A stretch of 63,946 nucleotides of DNA, counting the filler, from Collodictyon triciliatum (Eukaryota), in the NCBI GenBank assembly GCA_043381765.1. It is 23 parts of 23 records of this genome, joined end to end, with 100 filler letters (N's around TTAATTAATTAA, not from the genome) between each part and the next. Parts side by side here need not be neighbours in the genome. Positions count along the whole stretch, not along the records: positions 50,156 to 52,834 come from JBHJMP010008456.1; positions 52,935 to 55,613 come from JBHJMP010008457.1; positions 55,714 to 58,391 come from JBHJMP010008458.1; positions 58,492 to 61,169 come from JBHJMP010008459.1; positions 61,270 to 63,946 come from JBHJMP010008460.1; 18 more parts are not named here. The stretch is one strand, 5' to 3'. The notes under the pieces were generated by a model, which did no database searches, was not told the origin of the DNA, and was given only the letters and a program-made list of their open reading frames with translations. Of the stretch, positions 50,056 through 63,749 are shown piece by piece (position 1 is the first letter of the stretch; each line of letters begins with the position of its first letter). The position numbers and the translations under genes are program-made.

Positions 50056-53000
50056 NNNNNNNNNNNNNNNNNNNNNNNNNNNNNNNNNNNNNNNNNNNNT
50101 TAATTAATTAANNNNNNNNNNNNNNNNNNNNNNNNNNNNNNNNNNNNNNNNNNNNTTTTCTTTTCTTTTTCTTTTTTTTTTTTTCTTTTTTTATTTTTCA
50201 TTTTTTATTTTTCATTTTTTATTTTTCATTTTTTATTTTTCATTTTTTATTTTTCATTTTTTATTTTTCATTTTTTATTTTTCATTTTTTTATTTTTCAT
50301 TTTTTATTTTGATATTATATTTTTCTATATAGTTAGATAAATATAATATCATTTTTGTTTTTTGTATTTTCTTTTTTTCCTTTTTTCATTTTTTCATTTT
50401 TTCATTTTTTCATTTTTTCATTTTTTCATTTTTTCATTTTTTCATTTTTTCATTTTTTTTTCCTGGTGTAGGTGTAGATTTAACAAACCCAAAAACCACC
50501 CCTTCCCCCCTCAAGTAAGTACAAAAAAGGAAATAGAAATTATGTACAAATTTGTAATCTATATATAGACGTTTTCACGGTATCTTACTATATTACCTAA
50601 TCTGGAATTCCAAGATTGATTTTCGACTATTCTCCAACTCATCTATTTTTATTCTTTCTAATCACAATCCCTTTTAGCTTTCTAATGTTTTGCCGTGACA
50701 GCTGTCATTCACTCAACCATTATTCACCCGCCGTCCTTCTCAAACTTTTCTTTTTGTCCTGAAGGACGCTTAACACTAGCCGCCGATCGACTTGCTTGTG
50801 CATTTATTGGTCTTTCTTGGCAATCACAAGGCATATTTTCAGCCGATCGCCAGTCAATGCTATCACACGCTCGATCGAAGGTTCATTCCCTCTCTTATTC
50901 CCACAATCAACGAGAAGTTAATAAGAAAGCCTTTGATGGAACGGCATTAATGGTTGTCTGAATCAATACTCAACATTTATCTTTTTGTTTTCATATGATG
51001 AACTGCATGCACATCGCCAATCAAACATATAGCTATATTTTTTTATTATTATTTTCTCTATTTTGTTCTTATTACTTTTTTTTTATCATTTTTTTATCAT
51101 TTTTTTTCTTCTTCGAATAACGGCACGGAGATCGAAAGCGCTGGCTTGAAGCAAACACACAACCGAACACAAGAACGGAGCCCTCCGCTCGACCAAAGCT
51201 TCCCAGCCACACCTAATCGCCCACAAAGAGCGCCTGGAAGCAGAACCTGTACGGAGCCGGCTGCCTCGTCCGCCTTCGAGGTAAGCACAAATGCCCCAGA
51301 ACTACCACGCCCACATACAGGTAAGGAAAGAATAAGCCCAGTCCTGAAAGATCTTGAGTGCCATAATGAGAAGACTATGAACCAGCTATTCGATCAACTT
51401 CAGAAATACACAGCATCCTTTCCCAAATAAAATAATTGCAGAGACGAGAGTAAAGTAATACTTAACTGCTTTTTTTTTTCTTGTCCATAACGAGAGAGGC
51501 CAGCTCTTTGCTACCCATTATCTGCCGCATTCCTCCGAGCTTCATCAAGGGCAACATCGAAGTTACATGAAAAACATCAAACAACATATTCGCAGTATTC
51601 TCCAAGGGTTAAAACGTGTTTTTGATGAATGAAGCGCTGAATAACAATCCAACATCAGAACTACCCAAATTATAAAAAAAAATAATATTTGTTACGTTTC
51701 CCTTCTATTTCGCACTCTGTCAAAGAACACAAGGGAAAAACCAAAAGAAAAATATCATGGTTAACACCGTCGCAAACACTAACAGAACGAGCTGTCAAGC
51801 ATAGAAAGACAATGTCGACCCTTTTAAACCCAACCACCCGGAGCTATGGAAGAATAAGCACTGCTCAAATAAGAAGCAGCCTTCACAAGAGTATCCCAAA
51901 AAGAGCGGACGGATTCTTGGAGACGCGCCTCACACTAAAAACAGTCTGGACAAGCAATTCAAGGTGCAATATTATAAATTCAGAATTATTTCCTTTTCAT
52001 GCGAAACGAAAGTTTACTTTTTCACTCGAATAGTATTAATATACATGGATAATTCCTAAAGAAGCCTATATTTCATGATTTGTCTGTTACTGCAAGGCAC
52101 GAATGGAAAAAAACGCTCACGTTGAATGGAAGGCAAGCACCTAAACCTGCAAAACTTAAGCGATGGTGGTTTGGTTTTTTTTTATCCCAACGTAAAGCCT
52201 TCACGATGAAACTCAGGTTATAATTAACGGAGAGTAGTCCACGAGTATCGGTATTACAATTTTATTTTGTTTGTGAATTTTTCATTCTGTGGGAACATAC
52301 TAACCATCACATATAGTTTGGGACATTTGCACAATTTCGAATACATTCAGAGGAATTATTAACTTGACCTGGAAGAATATCAATCTATTACGCAGACTTT
52401 CATACATCACATTTCTTATATTATGCGAAATATTTAGCATTCAGAGAATGTTTAGTGGCTGTATGATGCATAAGCAAATCACATCCATATTATTATTAAA
52501 AAAAAAAAAGCAATTAAAATGCACAGAATTCATTTCATGTCGAGATATATATGTATTAACGAACAGTTTATTTCATAATAAATAAAAATATTAAGAGTTG
52601 ATTATATTGAGCTTTAAGCTTTAATACAATATAATCTTATTAGCCTATTGGAACTATCTAAAACGCATTCAAAATATGAATCGAAAAATCAAACAACTTC
52701 CATTCATGAAAAAGTAGAATAACTTCATTGATAATTGGCATATATTATAACCCATGAATACGATGTTTTTTATGCAACACACACGAAGGAATAGGAAGAT
52801 TCAAAACATGTCTGCAACCGAAACAAGCACCGAGNNNNNNNNNNNNNNNNNNNNNNNNNNNNNNNNNNNNNNNNNNNNTTAATTAATTAANNNNNNNNNN
52901 NNNNNNNNNNNNNNNNNNNNNNNNNNNNNNNNNNAAAGAAAGAAAAGAAAGAAAAGAAAGAAAAGAAAGAAAAGAAAGAAAAGAAAGAAAAGAAAGAAAA

Positions 53001-53092
53001 GAAAGAAAAGAAAGAAAAGAAAGAAAAGAAAAGGAAAAAGAAAAGAGAGAAGAAAAAAGAAGAGAAAAACACATAAATGGGTTGATAAGTAC

Positions 53093-55040
53093 CTCAAATT
53101 TTTTTGGAGGCGGCGGAACAGGGAGCGTTTTTGTCGGTATCTGATTCTCGATAGTGTACCACCATGCGAGAAACTAGGGTGTGGTTTATGTTAATAAACT
53201 TTCCACGGATGAGATAAAGTTTCTCGTCAAAAATATTTAAATCTTGAGACAAACCCGGAAGAAGATAAAAACTGCGGTTATTATGTTGGTCGTTTGATTC
53301 GAAATAACATACCAGATATTCGTCAAATTCCTTTTGGAGCAAATTGGAATCAAATTAATAAAGTAAACAAAAAACGAAACTTGGTAGCCGTTCACATCAC
53401 GATTTTGGGATAAAGAAAAAACTGCATTCACTACCGCAATATGTGCGGTACAACACCATTTCCTGTGATACTGTTAACTGCATCTAGTCTCTCTTGCTGA
53501 ATCTTCTTTTGGTCTGAGACCTACCGATTCGTTCATCTTAAGAATTTAATAGAACCATAATGACGTTCAATTTAAGAAAAAAATTTAACAGTATCCGTCA
53601 ACAAAAAATAATAATAATAAAAAAAGATATGATTTCTTTTTACTTTAGGCTCCATGAAGTTCCAACATATACGGAGTATATATTAGTTTGACTCTATATA
53701 CATTATCTCTTGATATAACTGGCGTTCATTGCGATGAAAAATCAAACCATGTCTTCCATCGAGGCTCGCCTGACGTCTATCTTCATCAGATGGAAAAAGG
53801 GAGAATAATATCTTGTCCTTTCAAACAAATACGCTATCTGGTAGCCAACGACTACCATTTGATGTGCCATGTTTAAGTACGGGTAAACTTTGATGAGTAC
53901 ACGCTCGGCAGGAGAGAGCTGACTTCCCGAGTCTCGTGAGCTCTGCTCCCAAATAATATTACAGATGAAAAAAAAAAGGATCAAAGTCTAAGCCCCATAG
54001 TATTTGAATAGAGATTATGAAAAAATAAGAGAAAGGAAAAAAAAAAAGACTGAATTTAAATAAAATGTCAAACTTTTTAAAAAAATAATCAGATATATGT
54101 TTTCTAAAATTGCCACCTGGTTACTACTGGAAGACTGGACTATTCGGCGATTAATCTGGGGATTGTTTGCCACATACCACGCATCCAGTTTGTTCTTCAT
54201 ATACGGAAATAGAGCCTGGGAAAGGCAAGAGTCAGTCAACGTATGAAGAGTAATATATTTATACTTAGTGTTTTGATCAAATAGCCGTTTGCAGTATTCA
54301 TGACTTCACCCGTCGATAATGAACTACCTCAATACAAATGCCTACACAAGCTATTTCATTTGAGAGCATCCGTTATATCATAAAGTTAAACTTGCCAAGA
54401 AGAACAACGACAACGCTCTCTCCATATTGTTAAGGCCACCCTCTCTACGGACAGTTGAATGTCTCTTTAACACATATATGTATTCGGCAAACGACGCATC
54501 TGAGAAAACATATTTTAATTGTAGAGCGTTAATTTTATAACCTCGCTGTAAACTCATTTGAGCACGTTTTGACTCATCGCTCTTTAAACCGGTGAATGAC
54601 AATATATACCAAGGATTACTGACCCACTGTCGTAAGGCTCCTCTTCTCCATAAAGACACACAGCAATAAGTATACCTCATCGATATACTTCTGAAGATGG
54701 CGAAAGCTTTGGTGTCGAAGGGCGAGAACCTGTTATTTTTTCTTTTCATTAAAAACCTGTTTTTTTATATGTTAAGAAAGTAATATATCACTTTTTTTTT
54801 AATAAAAAAACCAAAGAGAAAAAGGTATAAAAAAGTGTGAAAAGAGGGGGCGAAATAGTATAAAAAACGTGTGAAAGTAGTATAGTGAGAAGGCAGAAGT
54901 CACTCCGAACCCAGAGTACAGTTACTTACATCGATGATCCAGCTCAAAGCAGGTTTGAACGAAGTTGCGATTTCCTCTTGATAGACCATCTCAAAGAACG
55001 ACGGTCGCTGAGCATCGACAATATTGACAGACTGAAGCAT
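53093..55040 (-). CDS. PEX12: Peroxin PEX12 (RING finger not reached before contig end)
   Basis: RPSFFEMVYQEEI...KPAL; YIDEVYLLL; DASFAEYIYVLKR; PYMKNKLD; YQIAYLF...YYSPFFHL; IFFR|FLAWWY...LPVPPPP. Confidence 0.92.
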
Positions 55041-55783
55041 TCTCTTCAGACAAAGGCTTTTCTTTTTGCCGTGTTGCTTCCGACTCTTCAACGAACAAAG
55101 CGCAGCTCTTTTTGCTTGCGCGGCTGCCCGACGTGCCTTTCTTGCGCAGACTGATCCGAACGCCGCACCTGCGAAAGAGAAAAGGCACAGAGTCAGTCGT
55201 GGCAGACAGAAACGTTCAGGTTTGGCTCTGTTGTGTGGTTCTGGCTTGGGATCCTTGCTCAATTAAAGGTGTTTCTGCTCAGCATCGTCAAGGCTCTATC
55301 AACTCGCAGCGTGTCATAGAACTCAGCACAAGGCGTGCAAGAGTTCTTTTCATCCCAACCAGCAAGCACAAAAAAATGACCTCTCGTTTGTTCTGCTCCT
55401 GAGAGACTTTCGTTTCTTCTCTTCTTTCATACATGCGGGTCTGTTGGATTCGCTGCTGTCCTGACGCATCATCAGTTCAGTTTTGAATCTGCTTCTCGCC
55501 CATCTACATCGCCACCTTCTTGAAAGCGAACAAACTTTGGGAAGAGTCCATCCAATTGCGCTTACCGGACAGCGAAGGCCTTTGCCTGATTGCCTTCCGC
55601 ACTGCAGAAAACGNNNNNNNNNNNNNNNNNNNNNNNNNNNNNNNNNNNNNNNNNNNNTTAATTAATTAANNNNNNNNNNNNNNNNNNNNNNNNNNNNNNN
55701 NNNNNNNNNNNNNATGGAGAGGCGAGTTGAGAAATAGGCAAAAGTCCAATCCGGTAAATATTGGCACGAAATACGCAATTCTG

Positions 55784-55817
<34 letters not shown>

Positions 55818-55824
55818 AAAAAAG

Positions 55825-55855
<31 letters not shown>

Positions 55856-55910
55856 AAATTCCCAAATTTTGGAGACAATTATGATAAAATGTTCAATATT
55901 GATACGGTAC

Positions 55911-58062
55911 CTGTAGTCATCGTGATGGTTGTGTACTATGGCATTTAAGAATCGTTTGTGTGATAGAATGGCATTGTTAATTTTGGGCGAATAAAATAAA
56001 TATTGATAAATACACACTTAAAAGTTGAATATTACCCACAAAGACCTTCCAAAACTGAAATCCTCCTGGTGCTCCCTACATATAAAAGAGTTACATTAGT
56101 GATCAGGATAAATGACCAGGGGAACTCCAAATTAAAACCTTGCGTGAGTTGGTCTATTAGCTTGAAACCTTAGATGAGGAAAACGCAATGATAGTACCTT
56201 TCGTGAATGCAGATCGAAAAAGACAGGAACATCACGATAATAAATAGGATGGTCGATACGAAAATGCCTGTTTGAAGGATTGTTTATTTCAGAGAATAGC
56301 GATTCGTTATAGTGGATTCAAATCAATACATCAGTTTGATATAGTTCTTTTCAAAAGTATTACCTGGATGGCGATAAAAATACATGCGGACATGTATCAA
56401 CCAAGTATTCAAACCAGGACCTACTTTGTCATTTTGACTGAAATCATATTAATTGAATTATAATATGGTATGACAAAAATATCGCTTGATATCATGAAAA
56501 AAAAATATCCCAAAATAAGGTATCAGAGAAGTAAATCAAGGATGAAAAGATTTTTTTTTTTAAAAAAAAAGCCAAGATTCATAAAAAGCATAAAAAAAAA
56601 AGTTAATATATAAAGCATGAGTGGAAGAGGAACCCACCAACTCTTCATAATATTTCCTCGGTTGATGTAAACTGGAGAAAAGTCTCTCATTGGGCGAATG
56701 AGAAGATAAAGACGGAAGAACATAAAAATACCCCATTTATCCGGGTTATCTTCAAGCACGTAATCAATAAATGGGGGGATGTGCCAGGCACATACGGCGA
56801 ATTCGATAAGAAAAGGAACGATGCGATCTTGATAAATGAATTCGGCGTCCTTAAGAGGCCCACGGAAATAACGGGCTATTTGCATTTGAGCCTTGACGCG
56901 GTTGTAGTCCACGATGTGATATACTGGCATAGAGATAGTAACATGAAAATAACCTTCGAAATATTGAAAATTCTTGATGTTCATTGATAATTAAAATTTT
57001 CTATTTTCGCAAGTTAATTTGTTTTTTTTTAAAAAAAAAAGAAATAAGACATATAGTTAGATACAACACCATAAGAAAAATCGTACGCAAGACAACCGTC
57101 GAGAGACTTATGGCTACTTTTAAGGACTGTGTAGCCGTGTTTGAAACAACCTTTTGTCCATCCCATGCAACAAAATTCTATTGTTTTTTTATCATCACAA
57201 TCAATTAGGACGACGAAATTTGAATACAGTAGCATATTGCAAAAATTATAATATAAACACACAGAAAAAAGTGTAAGATATTGTAGATGATTGGGCTAAT
57301 GAGGAGAGCATGTAATGGGTTTCCTTTCAAATGAATTGTGTTCACTCTGAAGCCATAGATACCCACCTCAGCCATCATCAGTACAATCCCTATGATAGCA
57401 ACAACGCAAGCACTTAGATTCTTTATCTTTCGCTCTTCATCAAACTCGAGTAGCAAGGCCTTTCCAGCATGTTCATTCACGAGCGTGCGATAATCCTCGC
57501 TACTCGGCAATATAACTCGTTTTTAAAAGACAAGAGCTGAATACATTATAAATATGGAGCCGGAAAATTACTATCAACCAGCAAACATATGATTAAACAG
57601 CAACAGTATGTACATATCGATCACGAATAGTTACAACAGATTTTTGCATATGTCTAGCGAGAGAAATATTATCTGTATATGAGGACAAACAAACCTGTAC
57701 ACAAACATGTTTTGTTTTTCTTTTCTGTCTTGCTTTTTCTGCTGGTTGGGTGTGTCAGAGCGTTGAAACAACGAAGCGGGCCAGAGCCGGCGTGAAGCAG
57801 AACCGTGTGATGAGCTTGTGGAATAGGATCGGCCTCGATCTTGCAGGATATCTTGGCTGAGATTCGGATCGTTCAGCTCCATACATGAGTCCAGAATCGC
57901 GCCGACAGAAGCAGGACGCAGAGACGAGGCCGACGGATAATCGGACGGCCGTGAAGGTGTGTATGGCTGGCTGGTAGAAGCTGCTGCATTTTCTGTCGCG
58001 GGGACGCCTTTCATGGTAAGCAAGGTCGGAGATGTCCTTGCCTGGTTTTCGTGGGGGAGCAT
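55911..58062 (-). CDS. Small/intermediate-conductance Ca2+-activated K+ channel (SK/KCNN-like), partial
   Basis: ACVVAIIGIVLMMAE; LKVAISLSTVVL; LIEFAVCAWHIPP; IFMFFRLYLLIR; YRHPG...ICIHER; SLW|YTTITMTT (pore helix, filter in the next exon). Confidence 0.88.
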
Positions 58063-58706
58063 TCCTGCCGATCGCAAGTAATGGTGGGGGCAGCTAGGAG
58101 CGCCACAAGCGTTAGTGGAGAGCAGCTGCGGGTGAGGAAAGAGTTCGGGCCATTTTTTCTCTCTCTTTTCTTTTCTTTTCCTTTTGGCTTTTTTTTCAAA
58201 AAAGTTGTACGTTTTGAAGTGTTTCTCTTTTGATGATTGATTGTCTTTTTTGACTTTTGTTTTTTGTTTTTTGTTTTTTATTTTTTGTTTTTTGTTTTTT
58301 GTTTTTTGTTTTTTGTTTTTTGTTTTTTGTTTTTTGTTTTTTGTTTTTTGTTTTTTGTTTTTTGTTTTTTGTTTTTTGTTTTTTGTTTTTTNNNNNNNNN
58401 NNNNNNNNNNNNNNNNNNNNNNNNNNNNNNNNNNNTTAATTAATTAANNNNNNNNNNNNNNNNNNNNNNNNNNNNNNNNNNNNNNNNNNNNTTTCTTGTT
58501 TGTTTTCTTGTTTGTTTTCTTGTTTGTTTTCTTGTTTGTTTTCTTGTTTGTTTTCTTGTTTGTTTTCTTGTTTGTTTTCTTGTTTGTTTTCTTGTTTGTT
58601 CTCTTGTTTGTTTTCTTGTTTGTTTTGCGTGATTCTACTCATCGCTTTGAATGCAGGGAAAGCTGAGTGCCCCTGCTGGTGCACTTTCGAGCCGGAGTCT
58701 TTTAGG

Positions 58707-60660
58707 ATGTCTATGAATGTGTCGAAGCGGCCCACCTCTGCCCCTTTGCGAAGACTCGGCAGCTCCAAAGTTGCAGGAAGCACAGCGACCCAGCAAACAC
58801 AGCGACTTCAGCGAGATCGAATGCTGACGGAGTTGCGCCTTCGCACCCAACACAGCCTCGAAAAGCTCAAGCAGCACGACACACATCGAACAGCGGTGGT
58901 AGAGTTGGATCGCGAAATGGAGAAGCTGGACGAAGAGTCCCTCGCTTTGTTCGTGGTTTGTTTCTCTTTGCGACCGCAAAGTCTAAAAATTGCTTGGGGT
59001 CAATAATTGACCATTCTTTTATCTTGATTCTTGTGATTACTATGTTGACTGGGATGAAGAAGAAGATGAGGATGGAGATGATGCTTATAAAAATAAATGA
59101 CATCGTAGGGTCTTCTCTTGGACGCCATGGATGACCCAAGCTCACCGCTGGCCAGAAGAGAAACAGTAAGAGTCCTTTCTCGCTTGGTTCAAACACGTCC
59201 AGAACTCGTTACTCCTCAATTGCATCGGATTCACGTCAGAGTTTTCAAAATGGCGAAGGTGTGTTTTCATGCAGGAATATCGAAACAAATTAAATCTAAA
59301 AAAAAAAATCTTGTTTGTCTTTGTTTTTTCTTCTTTTTCTCTTCATTATTTTATCTCCTTTTCATTTCGTATTTCTCTTTCTCTTTTAACAATTTGTCTG
59401 TGTATTACACCCACCGCGCTACTTTCAATTCACTTTGATTTGTGTTTCAAGCTATATTCGGTCGACCATGGATTAAAGTTCCGCTTAAACCGTCCTCCCA
59501 TTTCAAACTTTAATTTTTTTTCGAGTGGTGTTTCTTTAATACTTATAAACTCATGTAGGAAAATGACTCTAACCTGCGTGAATCATGCGCTGACCTCGTA
59601 GGCGCCATGACTGCTCGTTATTATAGCCTTCCAAACGTGGCGAATATAGGACAAAGTACTATCGAACCAGAGACTCCGTTGGGAATATCAATATCATATA
59701 TTTATCGGCATTCGTTTTCTTTATTTTCTGAGCAGGTATTGTTTAAATATTTTCTATTTAAAAAGAAATCCCTATCAGAAAATAATCTTACTGAAGTAAA
59801 TACTAGTCCAATTTATTTTTGAACCCCTTTTTTAAAGAGACTTTATTGTATGAAATGTAGAATAGAAATCAACAGAATCTTGGAGCGCTCTGTTTAAAGA
59901 AGATATACGAGAATAGCGGCGAATTCATAGAGAAGGACATGGAATTACAAACATCAGAAATATCTAAGCTTCTTAATAGTCAAACATGCCTTGCACGGCC
60001 ATCTTTGATTCATGCACTAAGCACATTATTTCAAGTAATATTACAGCTTTGATATTTATGAAATTCGAAAGAGAGGAAAATACACACCCGTCAAAAATGT
60101 GTCCCTGAAACTTTTTTTAAAAAAATATTTTTGTTACGATTTCTGAAATTGCATTTACATTTTTGAATCAAACCTATCATTTCATTTGCATTTGGTTAAA
60201 GGTTGGCGTTCGCTTCGTGAAGCCTTTTATAGGAGATATAACAGCGACACTTTTGAATACGTTGAATAGCAAAGATTGGTCAACACGCAAAGCCGCTTCT
60301 GAAGTTATTATTACTCTCTGAACTGCATATTTAATACGCTATACACCATCAGTTTATCTTTATTATAAATGTGCCGTATGTCATGAAACTCTATAGTTGT
60401 TTGCGACCATAGCTAACTTCCCGGAGCTATTGACCGCATCACATGTGTCCTCAATTTTGGGTGCATTGGAGGCGCTGCGGTTCGATAAAGTGAATTATTC
60501 TTTTGAATATTTAAACCCAATTTAGTTAGCATGATGAATAAGTTAAATGGTTTCTATAAAAAAATATATATTTTTTGCATGGCCATGATAAAAAAAAAAT
60601 ACTGTAGATGAAGCCAACAAGGGAAGCAGTTGCTGCAGCCCTAAAATTATATAAAGATAT

Positions 60661-60754
<94 letters not shown>

Positions 60755-60865
60755 CGCCTTCTGGATTCAGAACAAGCTGAAAAGTCCAAACTAACCACAG
60801 AGAAAACAGTATCGCCTATTGGAAACAAACCTCTGAATCCATCTGACCTGGTTGAAAATGAGGGT
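58707..60865 (+). CDS. TORTIFOLIA1/SPIRAL2-like HEAT-repeat microtubule-associated protein, partial, with a 31-Gln tract
   Basis: LRLRTQHSLEKLKQHDTHRTAVVEL; ARRETVRVLSRL; ENDSNLRESCAD; SKDWSTRKAASE; LEALRFDK|MKPTREAV. Confidence 0.82.
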
Positions 60866-62362
60866 AAGCATTAAATGTTTGCCTCTAACCATAAATTTTT
60901 TACATATTCCTTAGAACTCATCCAAATTTTTTATTTACACTCAACCAGTTTTTATTTCACATGCATGGATGAATACACAAAATAATATTGAGCATCAACC
61001 TTCTTATAGCAGGATATGCGGCTGGCCCGATTGGTTTAAAGACCATACTTGGTCGCCCCCATATGCAGTATTCTTTATTCTTTCTTTATTCTTTCTTTAT
61101 TCTTTCTTTATTCTTTCTTTATTCTTTCTTTATTCTTTCTTTATTCTTTCTTTATTCTTTCTTTATTCTNNNNNNNNNNNNNNNNNNNNNNNNNNNNNNN
61201 NNNNNNNNNNNNNTTAATTAATTAANNNNNNNNNNNNNNNNNNNNNNNNNNNNNNNNNNNNNNNNNNNNATCAGGTTTAATCTTAAAGATGAGGTCTGGA
61301 CTTCAGGGTCAAAGAAACAGCTTGGGTGTATTATGGCGTGCTGATTTGCGATTAGCATATCTGTGTCTTTTAAGCCTTGTGTCTTGCAAGTTTTATTTGA
61401 GGCAAAGGTATTTGTGTGTACATCGCACTGTTTCCTTGCGGCGCTTGTGTGGTATTCTAGGGTTTAGATGCCGATTCCCGTTGTGGAGGGGAGTCTTTTT
61501 TGGCTGGCAGGTGTTGGCTTCGGGCGTGTTGTGAAAATTGTTCTGGTGCTCTTGAAAAAAAATGTGCTGAGAAAAAAAATATAAAAATTACAAATGGCCT
61601 AAATCATACCTATTATAGAAATCAAATGCGGAGAATTATATATAATTGATAAAATTCACCATCATTATTGATAATATATAATATATAATATAATATCGTA
61701 ATAATGTAATTATTACTGATATAAATTAGCATGTAAAATCTTAATGGGTAACCCATCACGCTTTCATCGCATTTTCACAGACTAACGGCTATTTCTTGTA
61801 CACCATTTCCAAATATGTAATTGATTTGAGAATTTTAAAATTAAAGGCCGATTGTGTAGTGCAATACGAAATATTTATTTTCATATACATTTATGGAAAA
61901 ACCACTGCACCTTTGATAAACGAATATATAAGCTCCTCTTTTTTTTCCCAGCGGCCCCAGCACCCAATGGGCGTAGAGGCTGAGCAACCAAAGCATTCAC
62001 ATGAGCTAGCTGTCACACTCAAACGGCCGGCCAGACAACCGCAGAGAAGGCTTGGGAGCGCCCCAACGAAGGCTGTCTAAGTACATCGAGGAACATGGAG
62101 CTCAAACGCCTGCCAAGCGCGGGGCTATACAAAATCTTGAGAAAGAAGAGCAAGTGACCCAGCGACACCTTGTTTGCTTCTCACTGAACGAACGCCCATT
62201 CTCCACACAGCACCATGCAACAGCGATTACCTCTCGTCACCACCACCCACGAATATTTATACAACGTGGCTCTCACTTAAAGCCCACAGAGGCCAGATGT
62301 AGGCTCTCTCTAACGACCAGCCTTACACAAACTCAACCTTTGTAGGAAGAGCCACTCTAGCC

Positions 62363-63273
62363 ATGTCTGCCAAGTACTTCGCTTCCATCGCCTTTGGCGT
62401 CATCTTGACCATCCTTTACATCGCTGCTCTTGCCATTGATGTCTACGGAATCGTCGACTTCACCCCTCCTGCTGGCATTCCCGACCAGCCTAGCTATTGG
62501 TTTGGTTTCCGCGAACTCAGAGACGATGAAGGCAAGAACAAGCAGAAATACGAGTGTGACGATTCAGACAGCGCATCTGACTGCGAGAATGTCCGCGATG
62601 CCGCCGCCACCGCTTTTGCCTTCGGACTGATTGGCCTTATCACCATCTTTGTCGGCACTGTTATGATCGGCCTTAAGGCACGACCTTAGATTTTTCCTTT
62701 TCACTTCACATTATATATGCCTTTCACCTTTCATTTAATTCGGCTTAGATTTGTTCCATGCGTTGTTAAAGAGAGTTGCCAGTGTTTTACAGGCAAACTA
62801 TTTCTGTAGAAACCCGGAGGCATGATTGCCAGCGCTCTCTCCGCAGTCTTCTCTTTGATTGGATTTGCTGTCTGGTTCGGCCTCGGACAGTTGACACTGG
62901 AGGACAACTTCGAGCTTTCCTACTATGGGGTGAGTAACCCACTAGTATGAAACAAAATCGTCGCACGAACATAGGAAACATAAGAAGCCAATTTTTTTTT
63001 TATACACTGAGGAAAACCATATTTTTTTTTCCTTTATTCGATTCAAAGTGTAGCGAGGTTACAGAGGAAAACCATATAATATAGTGTCTATCTTTTCACA
63101 CATGCCTTTCATTATCCTAAAACTATCTCCTGAAAACTAATTCTTCGCAGTACGACCTTACCGAGGTGCTACCTGGATACTCGGCCATTCTCCTTGTGGT
63201 CATCTTCATCCTCTCCCTCATCTCCACCGGTGTGATGTTTGTCTTCCGCAAGGGTGGCGAAGTTGCTCAGTAA
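62363..63273 (+). CDS. Four-TM claudin/PMP22/amastin-like membrane protein, three exons
   Basis: Exons 62363-62677, 62810-62929 and 63151-63273 are in phase. N-terminal TM, loop with WFGF and two Cys, then three more TMs including GYSAILLV. Confidence 0.75.
63022..63063 (-). mobile_element. 42-bp tail-only retroposon insertion with 13-bp TSD in intron 2 of the 4-TM gene
   Basis: GAGGAAAACCATA at 63009-63021 and 63064-63076. The insert T9-CCTTTATTCGATTCAAAGTGTAGCGAGGTTA is identical to 11481-11520. Confidence 0.9.
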
Positions 63274-63749
63274 AAGAGCCCAAAAATCCTCCGCCTTTTA
63301 ATGTCCATTGTTGCTACTTCACAATGAACACCAGCGAGATGCGAACGTTTCATCCACTCTCATTCTTTTCTCCTCGGCTGCTAATCACACATCATCACCA
63401 CTTTCAAACGGTCGTGCGCAGGCCCTGATCAGCTCTATGTGTCTGTAGTTTGCTGTCCGCCAGAATAAACACACACACGAGCAAAACGTCAACAAAGGCT
63501 TGCTCAGAGTTCCATTTGTCCCATCGCACCCGCTGTGCGCATTTTACCATCCGTGCGTCTCTTGTCATTCACGTGCGGAAGGTGTGTTCGTGTTTGATGT
63601 TAATGTCCTATTTCGGAATATTTCTATGAATGATTTCTAAAACAATCCATTTTTCGGTTTTTTTCATTTTTTTTCATTTTCGCCTTCACATTTATCCCAC
63701 GAACCACACCCAATGAAAAAAGCGTGGTTTTGGACAAGAACACCAGCCC

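Noticed and set aside
51127..51141. 15-nt identity GGAGATCGAAAGCGC with 2166-2180
   Set aside because: The match does not extend on either side, and a few such matches are expected by chance in 64 kb.
50690..52834. Protein-coding gene in this contig
   Set aside because: There are some exon-like patches but no recognisable motif or consistent splice chain; left uncalled.
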